Shown here in pieces: positions 7,900 to 17,263 of a DNA stretch of 48,184 bases (its first letter is position 1; every line of letters begins with the position of its first letter). The DNA lies in assembly GCA_038214755.1 (NCBI GenBank), contig JBBQRQ010000032.1:1-48184 (forward strand). Direction: 5' to 3'. The notes beneath the pieces are model-generated. The model saw only the letters and a program-made list of their open reading frames with translations. It ran no database searches and had not been told where the DNA came from. The position numbers and the translations under genes are program-made. The DNA is from Verrucomicrobiota bacterium. GTDB taxonomy: Bacteria; Verrucomicrobiota; Verrucomicrobiia; Limisphaerales; CANJXF01.

Positions 7900-9072
7900 G
7901 TGCTGAGTAAATATTTTCCTTCGCGAATTTTCGTTCTCGACGGCCTGTTTCTGAAAATATTTTTGGGTTTTTTCGCGATGATTGCGCCCCTTGTTGCGCA
8001 GGAAATAAACGAAAATATTTCGTCCGCAAAATTTCTCGGAATGAATTCATGCAGCTCTTCCAGTTGCCACGGCGGGGCCGCCAAACAGCATGACGAATGC
8101 GGTATCTGGTCGAAACAGGATTTTCACTCGCGCGCATTTGCCACGCTGACGACTGCGCGTTCCGCGCGAATGGCCGAAGTTTTGCAGATCGATTTGCCGG
8201 TTAAAAATCCGAGTTGCACGGTATGTCACGCGCCTTTCCAAACGGTGCCTGCCGCGCAGCAAGCGAAACCTTTGGATATTACGGCGGGCGTCTCCTGCGA
8301 GAGTTGTCACGCGCCCGCCGAGAACTGGCTGCGCAGTCACACGCGACCGGATTTCACACACGCGGATCGCATTGCCGCCGGAATGCGCGATTTAAAAAAC
8401 CTTTACGTGCGCGCCAACACTTGCGTCGCGTGTCACCAAAATGTTTCGAGCAATTTGCTGGCGGCGGGTCATCCCGAATTGATTTTTGAATTGGATGGGC
8501 AGGCGGTCACCGAGCCGAAACATTGGCGCGAACCGACCAATTGGAGTGGCGCGCAGACATGGCTCATCGGGCAAGCGGTCGCGCTTCGTGAAGTCAGTTG
8601 GGAACTTTCCAAAGCGCCGAACGACAAAAAGCTCCGCGAAAAATTTGAAGGGTTGCGCTGGCTTTTAGAAAAACTCCCGGCGGAAATAAATTCAGATTCT
8701 TTCAACAGCCAGGCGAGCAGCGATCAGAGCAACGCGGGAAAGGTTCAGCAAAAAAGTGACGAACTTGCGCGCAACGTGGCAGCGATGAATTGGTCGGGAG
8801 AATTGACTAAACAGATTTTGTCCACGCTCGCCAACACGAGCGGGGATTTTAAATCGAAGGAATTAAGTCGATCTGCTCAAGCACGCCGCGCCGAGCGTCT
8901 GGTACTGGGATTGGACCGACTGGTCCTTGCTTCCGACAAAAAATGGAAGATCCATCTTGATTCTGAAATCAACGAACTTTTTGGCAAGGTGCAGTCGCTC
9001 CCCGATTTTGAGCCAACAAAATTTGCCGGCGCCTTGGAAAAGTTTTCCAGCAAGCTGCGCGACTCACGCTGA
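7900..9072 (+). CDS. Secreted multiheme cytochrome c (c554/c552-like, four heme sites)
   Basis: CSSSSCH, CTVCH, CESCH and CVACH, plus AGHP. Signal-peptide-like N-terminus ending LVAQE. Start (GTG 7900) is uncertain. Confidence 0.82.
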   Translation: MLSKYFPSRIFVLDGLFLKIFLGFFAMIAPLVAQEINENISSAKFLGMNSCSSSSCHGGAAKQHDECGIWSKQDFHSRAFATLTTARSARMAEVLQIDLPVKNPSCTVCHAPFQTVPAAQQAKPLDITAGVSCESCHAPAENWLRSHTRPDFTHADRIAAGMRDLKNLYVRANTCVACHQNVSSNLLAAGHPELIFELDGQAVTEPKHWREPTNWSGAQTWLIGQAVALREVSWELSKAPNDKKLREKFEGLRWLLEKLPAEINSDSFNSQASSDQSNAGKVQQKSDELARNVAAMNWSGELTKQILSTLANTSGDFKSKELSRSAQARRAERLVLGLDRLVLASDKKWKIHLDSEINELFGKVQSLPDFEPTKFAGALEKFSSKLRDSR

Positions 9073-10470
9073 CTTTGTGCCGGACGGCGGAATTTTCTCT
9101 GCCAGCTCCCCAGCAGGATAGGTCCAGATTTCCGCAAGCGTCGGATGGTAATGCGGCATTTTCGCCAGTTCATGCACCGTCATTTGTTTGTGCATGGCCG
9201 CGACAATTTCGTGAATCAATTCCCCGCCCATCGGCCCAACGCAACTGCCGCCGATGATTTCGCCCGTCGTCGGGTTGGCCAATAATTTTACAAAGCCATC
9301 CTGGGAAATCATCAGCATGGATTTCCCGTGGTCGCGGAACGGATAACTCGCGACGAGATATGGAATATTTTTTGCGCGCGCTTCTTTTTCCGTCAGGCCA
9401 ACGCTGGCGATTTGCGGCTCGGTAAATACGATGCTCGTGAGCAAACGGTAATCGATGGTTTTTTTCTTCTGGGGATGCGCGATGTTGTGCGCGGCAATTT
9501 CTCCCTGCTGAATCGCAATATGGACTATCTCGTACGGCCCTGTGCAGTCGCCCGCGGCGTAAATATGCGGAGCGGTGGTTTGCATCTGAGGGTTGGTCAC
9601 GATGCGAAAGTACTCGGTCGTTACACCCGCTTTTTCCAAATCGAGACCATCCGTATTCGGTAAACGGCCGAGCGCGAAAAGAATTTCTTCCGCCAAAACT
9701 TTTTTTGCTTCGCCTTTGTGCTGAAACGAAACGCATTTGAACTTTCCTTTTTTTGAAGCGTCGAGCAGCCGGGTGTCGCTGAGAACTTCCATGCCTTCGC
9801 GGCGAAAAACTTTCGCCAATTCTTCCGCGGCGTCTGCGTCGAAATCGCGCAGCAGATGTTCGCTGCGCTGGATCAACGTGACCTGCACGTCCAGCCGTAG
9901 AAAAAATTGCGCGAACTCCACCGCCACCGCGCCTCCGCCTAAAACGATCAACGACCTGGGCAGAACTTTTAGCGACACAGCGTCGTCGCTGTTCAGGAAG
10001 CCCACTTTTTTCAGATAAGGGAGGGGAGACGGCGCGGTGCGAGAACCGGTGCTGAGAATAAAATTTTTGGCACGAAGTGATTTTCCATTATCAAGAGCCA
10101 CGGTGTGAGGATCGGTGAAGCGCGCGTTGGCCCGGATAAATTTGAATTTTCCGCTTTTGAGCTGGGCGTGTCGATACTCGGCGAAGTCACGAATCATCGC
10201 ATTTTTCCGCGCCATAATTTTCGTGAAATCGAAATGCGCGTGTGGAATTTTCAACCCCAAAACTCCCGCGCTCCGGGCCAGATGCAAAACGTCCGAGGCA
10301 TAGAGCAACGCCTTCGTCGGCATGCAACCGCGCAAAATGCAAAGACCGCCGACCTCCTCCCCGCCTTCGACGACGACGGTTTTCAAACCTGCGCCCGCCG
10401 CCGTGCGCGCCGCCGCATAACCGCCGCTGCCGCCGCCGATGATGGCGACGTCAAAATCAAATTTCTTCAC
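9064..10470 (-). CDS. Class-I pyridine nucleotide-disulfide oxidoreductase (dihydrolipoamide dehydrogenase-like)
   Basis: GGGSGG, GGLCILRGCMPTK, GGGAVAVE, IYAAGD and HYHPTLAE. Confidence 0.9.
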   Translation of the reverse strand: MKKFDFDVAIIGGGSGGYAAARTAAGAGLKTVVVEGGEEVGGLCILRGCMPTKALLYASDVLHLARSAGVLGLKIPHAHFDFTKIMARKNAMIRDFAEYRHAQLKSGKFKFIRANARFTDPHTVALDNGKSLRAKNFILSTGSRTAPSPLPYLKKVGFLNSDDAVSLKVLPRSLIVLGGGAVAVEFAQFFLRLDVQVTLIQRSEHLLRDFDADAAEELAKVFRREGMEVLSDTRLLDASKKGKFKCVSFQHKGEAKKVLAEEILFALGRLPNTDGLDLEKAGVTTEYFRIVTNPQMQTTAPHIYAAGDCTGPYEIVHIAIQQGEIAAHNIAHPQKKKTIDYRLLTSIVFTEPQIASVGLTEKEARAKNIPYLVASYPFRDHGKSMLMISQDGFVKLLANPTTGEIIGGSCVGPMGGELIHEIVAAMHKQMTVHELAKMPHYHPTLAEIWTYPAGELAEKIPPSGTKSA

Positions 10471-10576
10471 GAAGCAAAGATGGAATGGCGCGACAAACTT
10501 TCAATCATCATGTTGTTACACCGTTAATAGAAACCCACTCGCTTTCCTGGCCGCTTTCGCGATTATTGCAGATGAA

Positions 10577-11377
10577 ATGAAGAGCCGCTCTCGAGTCGTA
10601 TTCGTTTTGTCACTCGCCATTGCGATATGCGTTTCAGGCATCTATGCGTTGTTGTCGCATGAGCCGACTTATCAAGGCAGAAGACTGAGTAGGTGGTTGA
10701 GAGACTTCGATGACGAACCGCCCGAAAAATGTGCGCTCGCGGCAAACGCTGTGAGAAACATCGGAACCAATGCCGTGCCTTTTCTGGTGAAGCGTCTTCA
10801 ACATACTTCGCCCGACAGATATTCGCGGTTCACAAAATTAAAACAAAATATCTGGGAACTTTGGAACAAATATTCCCCGATCAAAATGACGTTGCGTCGT
10901 CCACCAGATCCTCGCCGTGAGGCGCTCGCCGGTCTCGACGCACTCGGTCCGGATGCCAAAGATGCAATACCAGCCTTGGAAAAATTACTTCATGAGGATC
11001 CACCCGACCCAGCGGCTCTTTATGTGATTGCTCGAATTGGGGAGCAAGGTTTGCCTCTCATAACCCAATCGTTGACCAACTCGGAGAAAGTGATCCGTCT
11101 TGAAGCGCGCGTTTGTTTGGAAATGATTAAAACCAAGTCAGCGATGTTATTCCCGAAATTCGAAACGGAACCTGAGTCTTCAGATTACAGGCGACGAATT
11201 TGCGAGTTTAATTCGCGCACATTGCGCGAGGCGTTCAAAGACTACCGCGCCCAACACCCGGAACAATTTGATGCAAACGGAGGGCCGGTATCATCACCAC
11301 CGCCCGAGATGCCGCCCGCTATAGGAACCAATGGGGTCAACCAGGGGAATTATATTCCAGCTTCTACTTTTGAGTAG
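10577..11377 (+). CDS. Hypothetical membrane-anchored HEAT-repeat-like protein
   Basis: N-terminal TM segment, EPTYQGRRLSRWL, IGTNAVPFLVKRL and LGPDAKDAIPALEKLL (HEAT-like). Confidence 0.7.
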   Translation: MKSRSRVVFVLSLAIAICVSGIYALLSHEPTYQGRRLSRWLRDFDDEPPEKCALAANAVRNIGTNAVPFLVKRLQHTSPDRYSRFTKLKQNIWELWNKYSPIKMTLRRPPDPRREALAGLDALGPDAKDAIPALEKLLHEDPPDPAALYVIARIGEQGLPLITQSLTNSEKVIRLEARVCLEMIKTKSAMLFPKFETEPESSDYRRRICEFNSRTLREAFKDYRAQHPEQFDANGGPVSSPPPEMPPAIGTNGVNQGNYIPASTFE

Positions 11378-11380
11378 GCC

Positions 11381-11410
11381 GACTACCGCGCCTTTTGCAA
11401 ATGTGCCCAT
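11381..11410 (-). pseudogene. 5' remnant of a PemK/MazF toxin gene
   Basis: An overlapping frame reads MGTFAKGAVV, resembling MazF-like starts (MxxFxKGDVVxVPFP), then runs into the antisense of the HEAT gene. Confidence 0.5.
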
Positions 11411-11592
11411 GCAGCATCTTCCTCGGGTCGATTCCAATCCTGCGCCAGCGCGGTTTCACTCAGAATCGCCGTCTCGGTGGAATCATCCTCCAAAATTGTC
11501 ACCAGCGCTCGTCGCGTTGTGGGCAGATGGATTTCTTCGAGAAGCCGAACCGCTCCTCGTTCATCAATCACAGCTTCAAGCGTTTTCAACAT
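11383..11592 (-). CDS. Small antitoxin-like protein (DUF104/AF2212-like N-terminus)
   Basis: 69 aa. MLKTLEAVIDERGAVRLLE...LSETALAQDWNRPEEDAAWAHL resembles antitoxins found upstream of PemK/MazF toxins. Confidence 0.7.
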   Translation of the reverse strand: MLKTLEAVIDERGAVRLLEEIHLPTTRRALVTILEDDSTETAILSETALAQDWNRPEEDAAWAHLQKAR

Positions 11593-11653
11593 GTCAGAAG
11601 TCTAACCAGTTTACGATTGAGGGCAAGCCGGAGCTTCGAATGTTGTATTCTCG

Positions 11654-11857
11654 GGGTGTGATTAAAAGCCGGTGAGGCTAGATTTGGTTTCTTGGACTGC
11701 GGCGGCATGACGCCGCTTTTCCTGCACGTTACGCGATGGAGAAAGTGCGCAAAATGAAGAACCTTTCCGGCTTTTCCACGGTGCAGCCAAAGCGGGGACG
11801 TGTCCCCGCAGTCCAAAATAACATCGGTTCCAACCTCACCCACTTTTAATCACACCC
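11654..11857. mobile_element. MITE (204 bp) with 24-bp TIR and 9-bp target-site duplication
   Basis: TIR GGGTGTGATTAAAAG(cc/tg)GGTGAGG at both ends. Direct repeat GTATTCTCG at 11645-11653 and 11858-11866. Internal REP pair at 11691-11719/11789-11816. Confidence 0.9.
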
Positions 11858-11930
11858 GTATTCTCGATTGCGAAAAAGGCCCACGCCCAAAATGCGCGCG
11901 AGAACAATTATTTATCCGCGGGAGCCAGCG

Positions 11931-13295
11931 CTACTTCCCGATGCAAAATTGGCTGAAAATGGAATCCAACAAATCTTCGGTGGTAGTTTTTCCAACGATT
12001 TCTCCCACGGCATTTACGGCGATGCGCAAATCCATCGCCGCCAGTTCGAGCGCGATATTTTCTCGAAGCGCGTTGATCGTTTCGCGCGTCCCGACCTTCG
12101 CTCGTCTCAGCGCATCCTGATGGCGCGAGTTGATCATCACCTGCAACATTTCCGCGCGAATCTCTCCAACCCAAACCAAATCCTTGATGGCATCTTTCAA
12201 CGTCTCAATTCCCTTTCCGCTCAGGCAGCAAACGTCCACCGTTTTCAAGCCGTTCGGCAAAAATAGTTTTTGCGGCAGATCGATTTTGTTGCGAACGAGG
12301 ATTCGTTTCTTGCTGGAGAATTCCGCCAGATAATTTTCGTCAGCAAGAGTAAGCGGCTCGGCATGATCGAGGACGTGCAAAATCAATTCCGCTCTGGCCA
12401 ACGTTGCGCGACTGCGACGAATTCCCTCGATTTCAATTTCATCGCGCGACTCGCGCAAACCGGCTGTGTCCACAAAAATCACCGGCAAGCCGCGAACGTT
12501 CGCCGTCTCCTCGATGGTGTCGCGCGTCGTGCCGGGGATGGCGGAAACAATGGCGCGATCGTGTCCGAGAAGTTGGTTAAGCAGACTCGATTTTCCAGCG
12601 TTGGGGCGACCGACAATGGCGGCGCGAATTCCGCGACGCAAAATTTGTCCTTCGTTTGCAGTACGCAAAAGTTCTTCCATGAACGCGACGGCATTTTCGA
12701 GTCGCTGAAGCAATTGCTCTTTCGTGTTGGGCGGAATGTCTTCCTCGGGAAAATCAATGTGGGCTTCGACGTGCGCCAGAATTTTCACCATGTCATCGCG
12801 CAGCGCATTGATGCGCTGGGAAAGTTTCCCGGCCAATTGTTCGTTGGCCGCCGTGAGCGCCAGGTCCGTGCGCGCGGCGATCAGGTCCGCCACGGCTTCG
12901 GCCTGGGTGAGATCAATTCTGCCATTGAGAAAAGCGCGTTTGGTAAATTCTCCCGGCATGGCCAGGCGCGCGCCATTTTCCAGCACGACATCCAAAACCA
13001 TTTTGGCCGGGAGCAACCCGCCGTGGCATGTGATCTCGACCACATCTTCGCGCGTCAAAGTTCGCGGCGCGCGCAGAACGGAGAGCAAAACTTCATCAAT
13101 TGTTTTTCCGTCGCGCAAAATTTTTCCGTAATGAATGGTGTGCGTCGGCGCTAGCGATGGTTTCAAAGAAGATTTGCCGACCGGGAAAAAACTTTTGTCG
13201 CCAATGTCCAGCGCCTGCGCGCCGGAAATGCGGATGACCGCCAATCCGCCTTCACCGAGAGGCGTGGCGATGGCGGCAATGGTGTCGTCAAACAT
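11931..13295 (-). CDS. mnmE: tRNA uridine-5-carboxymethylaminomethyl(34) synthesis GTPase MnmE
   Basis: DTIAAIAT, GRPNAGKSS, GTTRD, DTAG, NKID and C-terminal FCIGK. Confidence 0.98.
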   Translation of the reverse strand: MFDDTIAAIATPLGEGGLAVIRISGAQALDIGDKSFFPVGKSSLKPSLAPTHTIHYGKILRDGKTIDEVLLSVLRAPRTLTREDVVEITCHGGLLPAKMVLDVVLENGARLAMPGEFTKRAFLNGRIDLTQAEAVADLIAARTDLALTAANEQLAGKLSQRINALRDDMVKILAHVEAHIDFPEEDIPPNTKEQLLQRLENAVAFMEELLRTANEGQILRRGIRAAIVGRPNAGKSSLLNQLLGHDRAIVSAIPGTTRDTIEETANVRGLPVIFVDTAGLRESRDEIEIEGIRRSRATLARAELILHVLDHAEPLTLADENYLAEFSSKKRILVRNKIDLPQKLFLPNGLKTVDVCCLSGKGIETLKDAIKDLVWVGEIRAEMLQVMINSRHQDALRRAKVGTRETINALRENIALELAAMDLRIAVNAVGEIVGKTTTEDLLDSIFSQFCIGK

Positions 13296-13325
13296 TGTGA
13301 AAATAATTTAACCGGAACAATTGCG

Positions 13326-13652
13326 TTGAAACAGAAGATAACCAAGGGACCGAAGAGAACGACAGCGTCGGGCGTCTCGCCTGACGTGGAGGGCGCGTCT
13401 CGACGCCCGGATGAAGCCTTCGTGAAATTTTCAGGGAACTGAACTGGACGATACTTCGTTTGCTTCGTTTGCTTCCGTCAAAGTGTGAATGGGTCCGGAT
13501 TAACCACAAGGATTCAGTTGGATAGATTGCCCTCTCCCCAGAGGAGAGGGAGAAAGTTACGCAGCGCTGGAAAATATTTACCGCTCCGTGACTGGCCAAG
13601 GGCGATGATTTCAGATTCCCTCTCCTCGGGGGAGAGGGTTAGGGTGAGGGCG
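13326..13652. repeat. Cluster of intergenic palindromic repeats
   Basis: Hairpins GTCGGGCGTCTCGCCTGAC and GGGCGCGTCTCGACGCCC, short CTTCGTTTG repeats, and a CCCTCTCC...GGAGAGGG pair with GGTTAGGGTGAGGG at 13530-13652. Confidence 0.65.
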
Positions 13653-13735
13653 AGCAAACTTCTAAATGACTCGTGACGGCTCAGACTCGACAGCTTAAAA
13701 TTAATTTTTCCACGACAGCGCGATTGGATACGACG

Positions 13736-14671
13736 ATGGAAACTTTTATCGGCATTGAAATCGGCGGGACAAAACTGCAAATCGTGGTGGGCGATCAAGC
13801 GGGTAAGATCCGGGAACGATTCCGTTTTTCCGTTGCGGCACACGACGGCGCGAAGGGAATTCGCCGGCAACTGGAATCCACTTTAATTGATTTGCGAAAA
13901 AAAATTAAACCGGCGGCGCTGGGCGTCGGCTTTGGAGGGCCAGTTGATTGGCGCACGGGAAAAATTTGTTGCTCGCACCAGGTCGAAGGCTGGTCGGATT
14001 TTGACTTGGCCGACTGGTTGCATTCGCTGACGAACGTCCCGGTGATGGTGGATAACGACGCCAATGTCGCCGCGCTCGGCGAAGCGATTCACGGCGCGGG
14101 CTCTGGTTTCAATTTAGTTTTTTACGTCACGCTCGGCAGCGGCGTCGGCGGCGGATTTGTGATTGATGGAAAAATTTTCCACGGCGCAACACCAGGCGAA
14201 TCAGAAATCGGCCATCTGCGTTTGGACAAGTCGGGCACGATTGCCGAATCGACTTGCTCGGGTTGGGCCGTCGATAAAAAAATTCGCCGGGCGATTTCCC
14301 AAAATCCAAATGGCCCGCTGGCCGGCCTGGTTGGGAAAACAGCAGGCAACGAAGCCAGATTTTTGAAAGCGGCTTTGGAAAAAAATGATTCTGTTGCTGA
14401 AAAAATTTTAAATGAAACGGCTAAAGATTTGGCCTTCGCTCTTTCTCACGTTGTTCATTTATTTCACCCGGAAATTATTGTGCTCGGTGGTGGTTTGTCG
14501 CTCGTCGGTGAACTTCTTCGCGCCACGGTTGAGACGCATCTGGAAAATTTTGTGATGAAAGCGTTTGGAGCGAGAACAAAAATTTCCCTCGCGAAACTCG
14601 GAGAAGACGCGGTGCCGGTGGGAACCTTGGAATTAGCCCGAAGATCATTTGTTTCCAGTGCGGGAGCATGA
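13736..14671 (+). CDS. ROK-family sugar kinase (glucokinase-like)
   Basis: GIEIGGTK, VDNDANVAALGE, TLGSGVGGG, EIGH and LGGG. Confidence 0.92.
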   Translation: METFIGIEIGGTKLQIVVGDQAGKIRERFRFSVAAHDGAKGIRRQLESTLIDLRKKIKPAALGVGFGGPVDWRTGKICCSHQVEGWSDFDLADWLHSLTNVPVMVDNDANVAALGEAIHGAGSGFNLVFYVTLGSGVGGGFVIDGKIFHGATPGESEIGHLRLDKSGTIAESTCSGWAVDKKIRRAISQNPNGPLAGLVGKTAGNEARFLKAALEKNDSVAEKILNETAKDLAFALSHVVHLFHPEIIVLGGGLSLVGELLRATVETHLENFVMKAFGARTKISLAKLGEDAVPVGTLELARRSFVSSAGA

Positions 14672-14744
14672 GTTGGGTGGCATCTGCCTTCGGCTTGGAA
14701 GGCGCAGGCTACCCCGCTGACAACGGAATCGCCCTGTTTCAGAG

Positions 14745-14760
14745 ATGACAGGATTGTCAT
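14745..14760. promoter_or_regulatory. CusR/CopR-box-like palindrome
   Basis: ATGACA-ggat-TGTCAT has the same arms and 4-nt spacer as the E. coli CusR box. It lies 83 bp upstream of the PepSY gene that precedes a CusRS-like pair. Confidence 0.6.
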
Positions 14761-14843
14761 TTGGAATTCATTGCAGGTTAATTTGGATTAATTAGGCTGG
14801 CGATGTTGGTTAAACAAAAATTGAAACAGAAATAAAAAACTCG

Positions 14844-15218
14844 ATGAAAATTAAAAATATCATTTGCTCACTGACGGCGGTGGGTCTGTTGGTCGGGACT
14901 GGCTGCGAAACAAACAAGTGCGACATGGAAGCGGAAGCGAAAATTTCCAGGGTCGAGGCGGAAAGAATCGCTCTGCAAAAAGCCCCCGGCGGTATGGTCA
15001 AAGAGGGAGAATTGGAAAGAGAACACGGAAAGCTCATCTGGTCATTTGACATTTCACGGCCGGGCACCAGAGACATTACCGAAGTGCAAGTCGATGCGAA
15101 AACTGGCGCAATCGTCTCGGTTCAGAATGAAACCGCTGAGGACGAAGCGAAGGAAAAAGCCAGCGAAGGAAAAGGCAAAAAGCACGAAAAAGAAGACGAC
15201 GAAAAAGAGAATAAATAA
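14844..15218 (+). CDS. PepSY-domain lipoprotein
   Basis: Lipobox-like GTGC. KISRVEAERIAL...GELEREHGKLIWSFDI...EVQVDAKTG is PepSY-like. Charged tail. Confidence 0.85.
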   Translation: MKIKNIICSLTAVGLLVGTGCETNKCDMEAEAKISRVEAERIALQKAPGGMVKEGELEREHGKLIWSFDISRPGTRDITEVQVDAKTGAIVSVQNETAEDEAKEKASEGKGKKHEKEDDEKENK

Positions 15219-15243
15219 TTGGAGCCAAATTCCAACGCCGTCC

Positions 15244-15358
15244 GTAGCGCAGGCTTTTAACCTGCCGTATCGCGGGTTTGCAACCCGCTGGACGTTCTTC
15301 CGTTTCGCGCACTGCCGGTGGCAAACCGGCGATACAGCAGCTTGCAAAGCTGCGCTAC
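15244..15358. repeat. GTAG-type REP doublet
   Basis: GTAGCGCAGGC...CCTGCCGTATCGC and inverted GCGATACAGCAG...CTGCGCTAC. Same family as 32143-32292. Confidence 0.8.
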
Positions 15359-15414
15359 GTCCCATGCCGCGGCGTTTTACTTTTCCCGCTTAAAACTCTC
15401 ACCCTCTTCGATCT

Positions 15415-16086
15415 ATGCGTGTCCTGGTTGTCGAAGACGAAAAAAAAACCGCCGCCTTCATTCGAAAAGCGCTCCAGGCCGAAGGCTTCGTCGTGGAAGT
15501 TTTGCACAATGGCGCGGACGCTTTGAGTTTGGCCAACGCCTCGGCGTTCGATGCCATCGTCCTCGACATCATGTTGCCCGGTCGCGATGGGCTGAGCGTT
15601 CTTCGCCAGCTTCGCGAACGAAAAAACGGCACGCCGATTCTTTTGTTGTCGGCGAGGGGCGACGTGAACGAGCGCGTCGATGGCTTGAACGCCGGGGCGG
15701 ACGATTATTTGCCGAAACCTTTTGCGCTGGCGGAATTGGTTGCTCGCGTTCGCGCGCTGGCGCGTCGAAGCAGCGATACCAAAGCCACGTTATTGCAAGT
15801 AGCGGACCTGACCCTCGACACCATCACCCATCGCGCTTTTCGCGGGACTGCGCCGCTCGAATTGACGACGCGTGAATATCGTTTGCTGGAATTTCTCATG
15901 CGAGTTCCCTCGCGCATCTGCGGGCGCATGGCGATTTTGGAAAATGTTTGGGACTACGATTTTGATCCGGGGACAAATATTGTGGACGTTTATGTCCGGC
16001 GGCTGCGCGAAAAGATCGATGTGTTCGAACCCAAATTGCTTCACACCATTCGCGGCGCGGGCTACGTGCTGAAGGACCCGCGATGA
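15415..16086 (+). CDS. OmpR-family response regulator (CusR/CzcR-like)
   Basis: VEDE, LDIMLPG, GADDYLPKPF, VWDYDFDPGTNIVDVY and HTIRGAGY. Confidence 0.93.
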   Translation: MRVLVVEDEKKTAAFIRKALQAEGFVVEVLHNGADALSLANASAFDAIVLDIMLPGRDGLSVLRQLRERKNGTPILLLSARGDVNERVDGLNAGADDYLPKPFALAELVARVRALARRSSDTKATLLQVADLTLDTITHRAFRGTAPLELTTREYRLLEFLMRVPSRICGRMAILENVWDYDFDPGTNIVDVYVRRLREKIDVFEPKLLHTIRGAGYVLKDPR

Positions 16087-17159
16087 CTATCCGCTCGCGA
16101 CTGACACTTTGGTATGCGGCAATTCTCTGCGTCTCTACTCTGCTCATCGCGGGACTCTCGTATCACGAAATCGCGAAGGAGCGGCGTCATGCGCAAAAGG
16201 AAAAAAATCGTGGAGAAGAAAGTGAAGAAGATGGTTGGGAAGACGTTGTTCAAATTTCAATTCTCTGCGGAATTCCGGCGGCTCTGCTCGGCTTGGCGGG
16301 CGGCTGGTGGTTGATGCGCAAAGCGCTTTCGCCGGTCGCTGCGATCACGGAAGCGGCCATGCGCATCAATGAAAAAAATTTGCGCGAACGATTAGCGCGC
16401 ACGGGCAACGGAGATGAACTCGATCAGCTTACGGAAGTTTTTAACTCCATGACTTCCCGTCTGGAAAATTCTTTTCAGCGCATCCACGAATTCACTTTGC
16501 ACGCTTCACACGAATTGAAAACTCCGCTCACCGTGATGCAAGGCGAATTGGAAACGGCGTTGCGCGAAGAAAATTTAACGGAGATTCCGCGCGACCGAAT
16601 CCTGAGCCAGTTGGACGAATTGCAACGCCTGACGAAAATCGTCAACGGTTTGACTTTATTGACCAAGGCCGACGCGGGCCAAATCCAATTGAAGAAAGAA
16701 CCGGTGCGGCTGGATGAGTTGGTGCGCGAAAGTTTTGAAGATGCAAAAATCCTGGCGCAACCTATGGGCATAAAAGTTCAACTGAACCATTGCGAGGAAT
16801 TGACGGTGGAGGCTGACCGGCATCGTTTGCGGCAACTGCTTCTCAATCTCACCGACAACGCGATAAAATATAATCGTCCCAATGGGCACGTTGAGATCGA
16901 GCTTCAACGCAAAAATGACGGAGCAGAAATAAAAATCAGCAACACCGGCGCGGGTATCGCGCCGGAATTTTTACCTCGCGTCTTTGACCGGTTCTTCCGT
17001 TGCGACGAAAGCCACAGCAGCGCGGTCGATGGCTGCGGTCTCGGCTTGAGCATCGCGCAATGGATCGTTGACGCGCATGGCGGCAGGATTCAAATCACCT
17101 CGGAGCCGGAACAATTGACCACCGTGATTGTTCGTCTGGAGTTGCGCGATCTCTCGTGA
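16083..17159 (+). CDS. HAMP sensor histidine kinase (CusS-like)
   Basis: Two TM segments, HAMP domain, ASHELKTPL, NLTDNAIKY, FDRFFR and GCGLGL. Confidence 0.93.
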   Translation: MTIRSRLTLWYAAILCVSTLLIAGLSYHEIAKERRHAQKEKNRGEESEEDGWEDVVQISILCGIPAALLGLAGGWWLMRKALSPVAAITEAAMRINEKNLRERLARTGNGDELDQLTEVFNSMTSRLENSFQRIHEFTLHASHELKTPLTVMQGELETALREENLTEIPRDRILSQLDELQRLTKIVNGLTLLTKADAGQIQLKKEPVRLDELVRESFEDAKILAQPMGIKVQLNHCEELTVEADRHRLRQLLLNLTDNAIKYNRPNGHVEIELQRKNDGAEIKISNTGAGIAPEFLPRVFDRFFRCDESHSSAVDGCGLGLSIAQWIVDAHGGRIQITSEPEQLTTVIVRLELRDLS

Positions 17160-17182
17160 AATTGTTTTTAGAATTGGGAAAG

Positions 17183-17253
17183 GTTGAATCGTTGAATCGT
17201 GAATGGTTGAATCGGTATAACGATTTAACGTTTCAACGATTCGACGATTCACC
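17183..17253. repeat. Inverted array of GTTGAATC octamers
   Basis: About four GTTGAATC-like units followed by about four complementary GATTCAAC-like units. Confidence 0.75.
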
Positions 17254-17263
17254 TTATTGAGCA

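Noticed and set aside
9064..10470. Mercuric reductase MerA
   Set aside because: No C-terminal Cys-Cys pair, no N-terminal HMA domain and no mer genes nearby. It has the HPTxxE motif of lipoamide dehydrogenase-like enzymes.
10500..11931. Genomic island integrated at the mnmE 3' end
   Set aside because: Accessory-looking genes are present, but I found no integrase and no duplicated mnmE 3' end.
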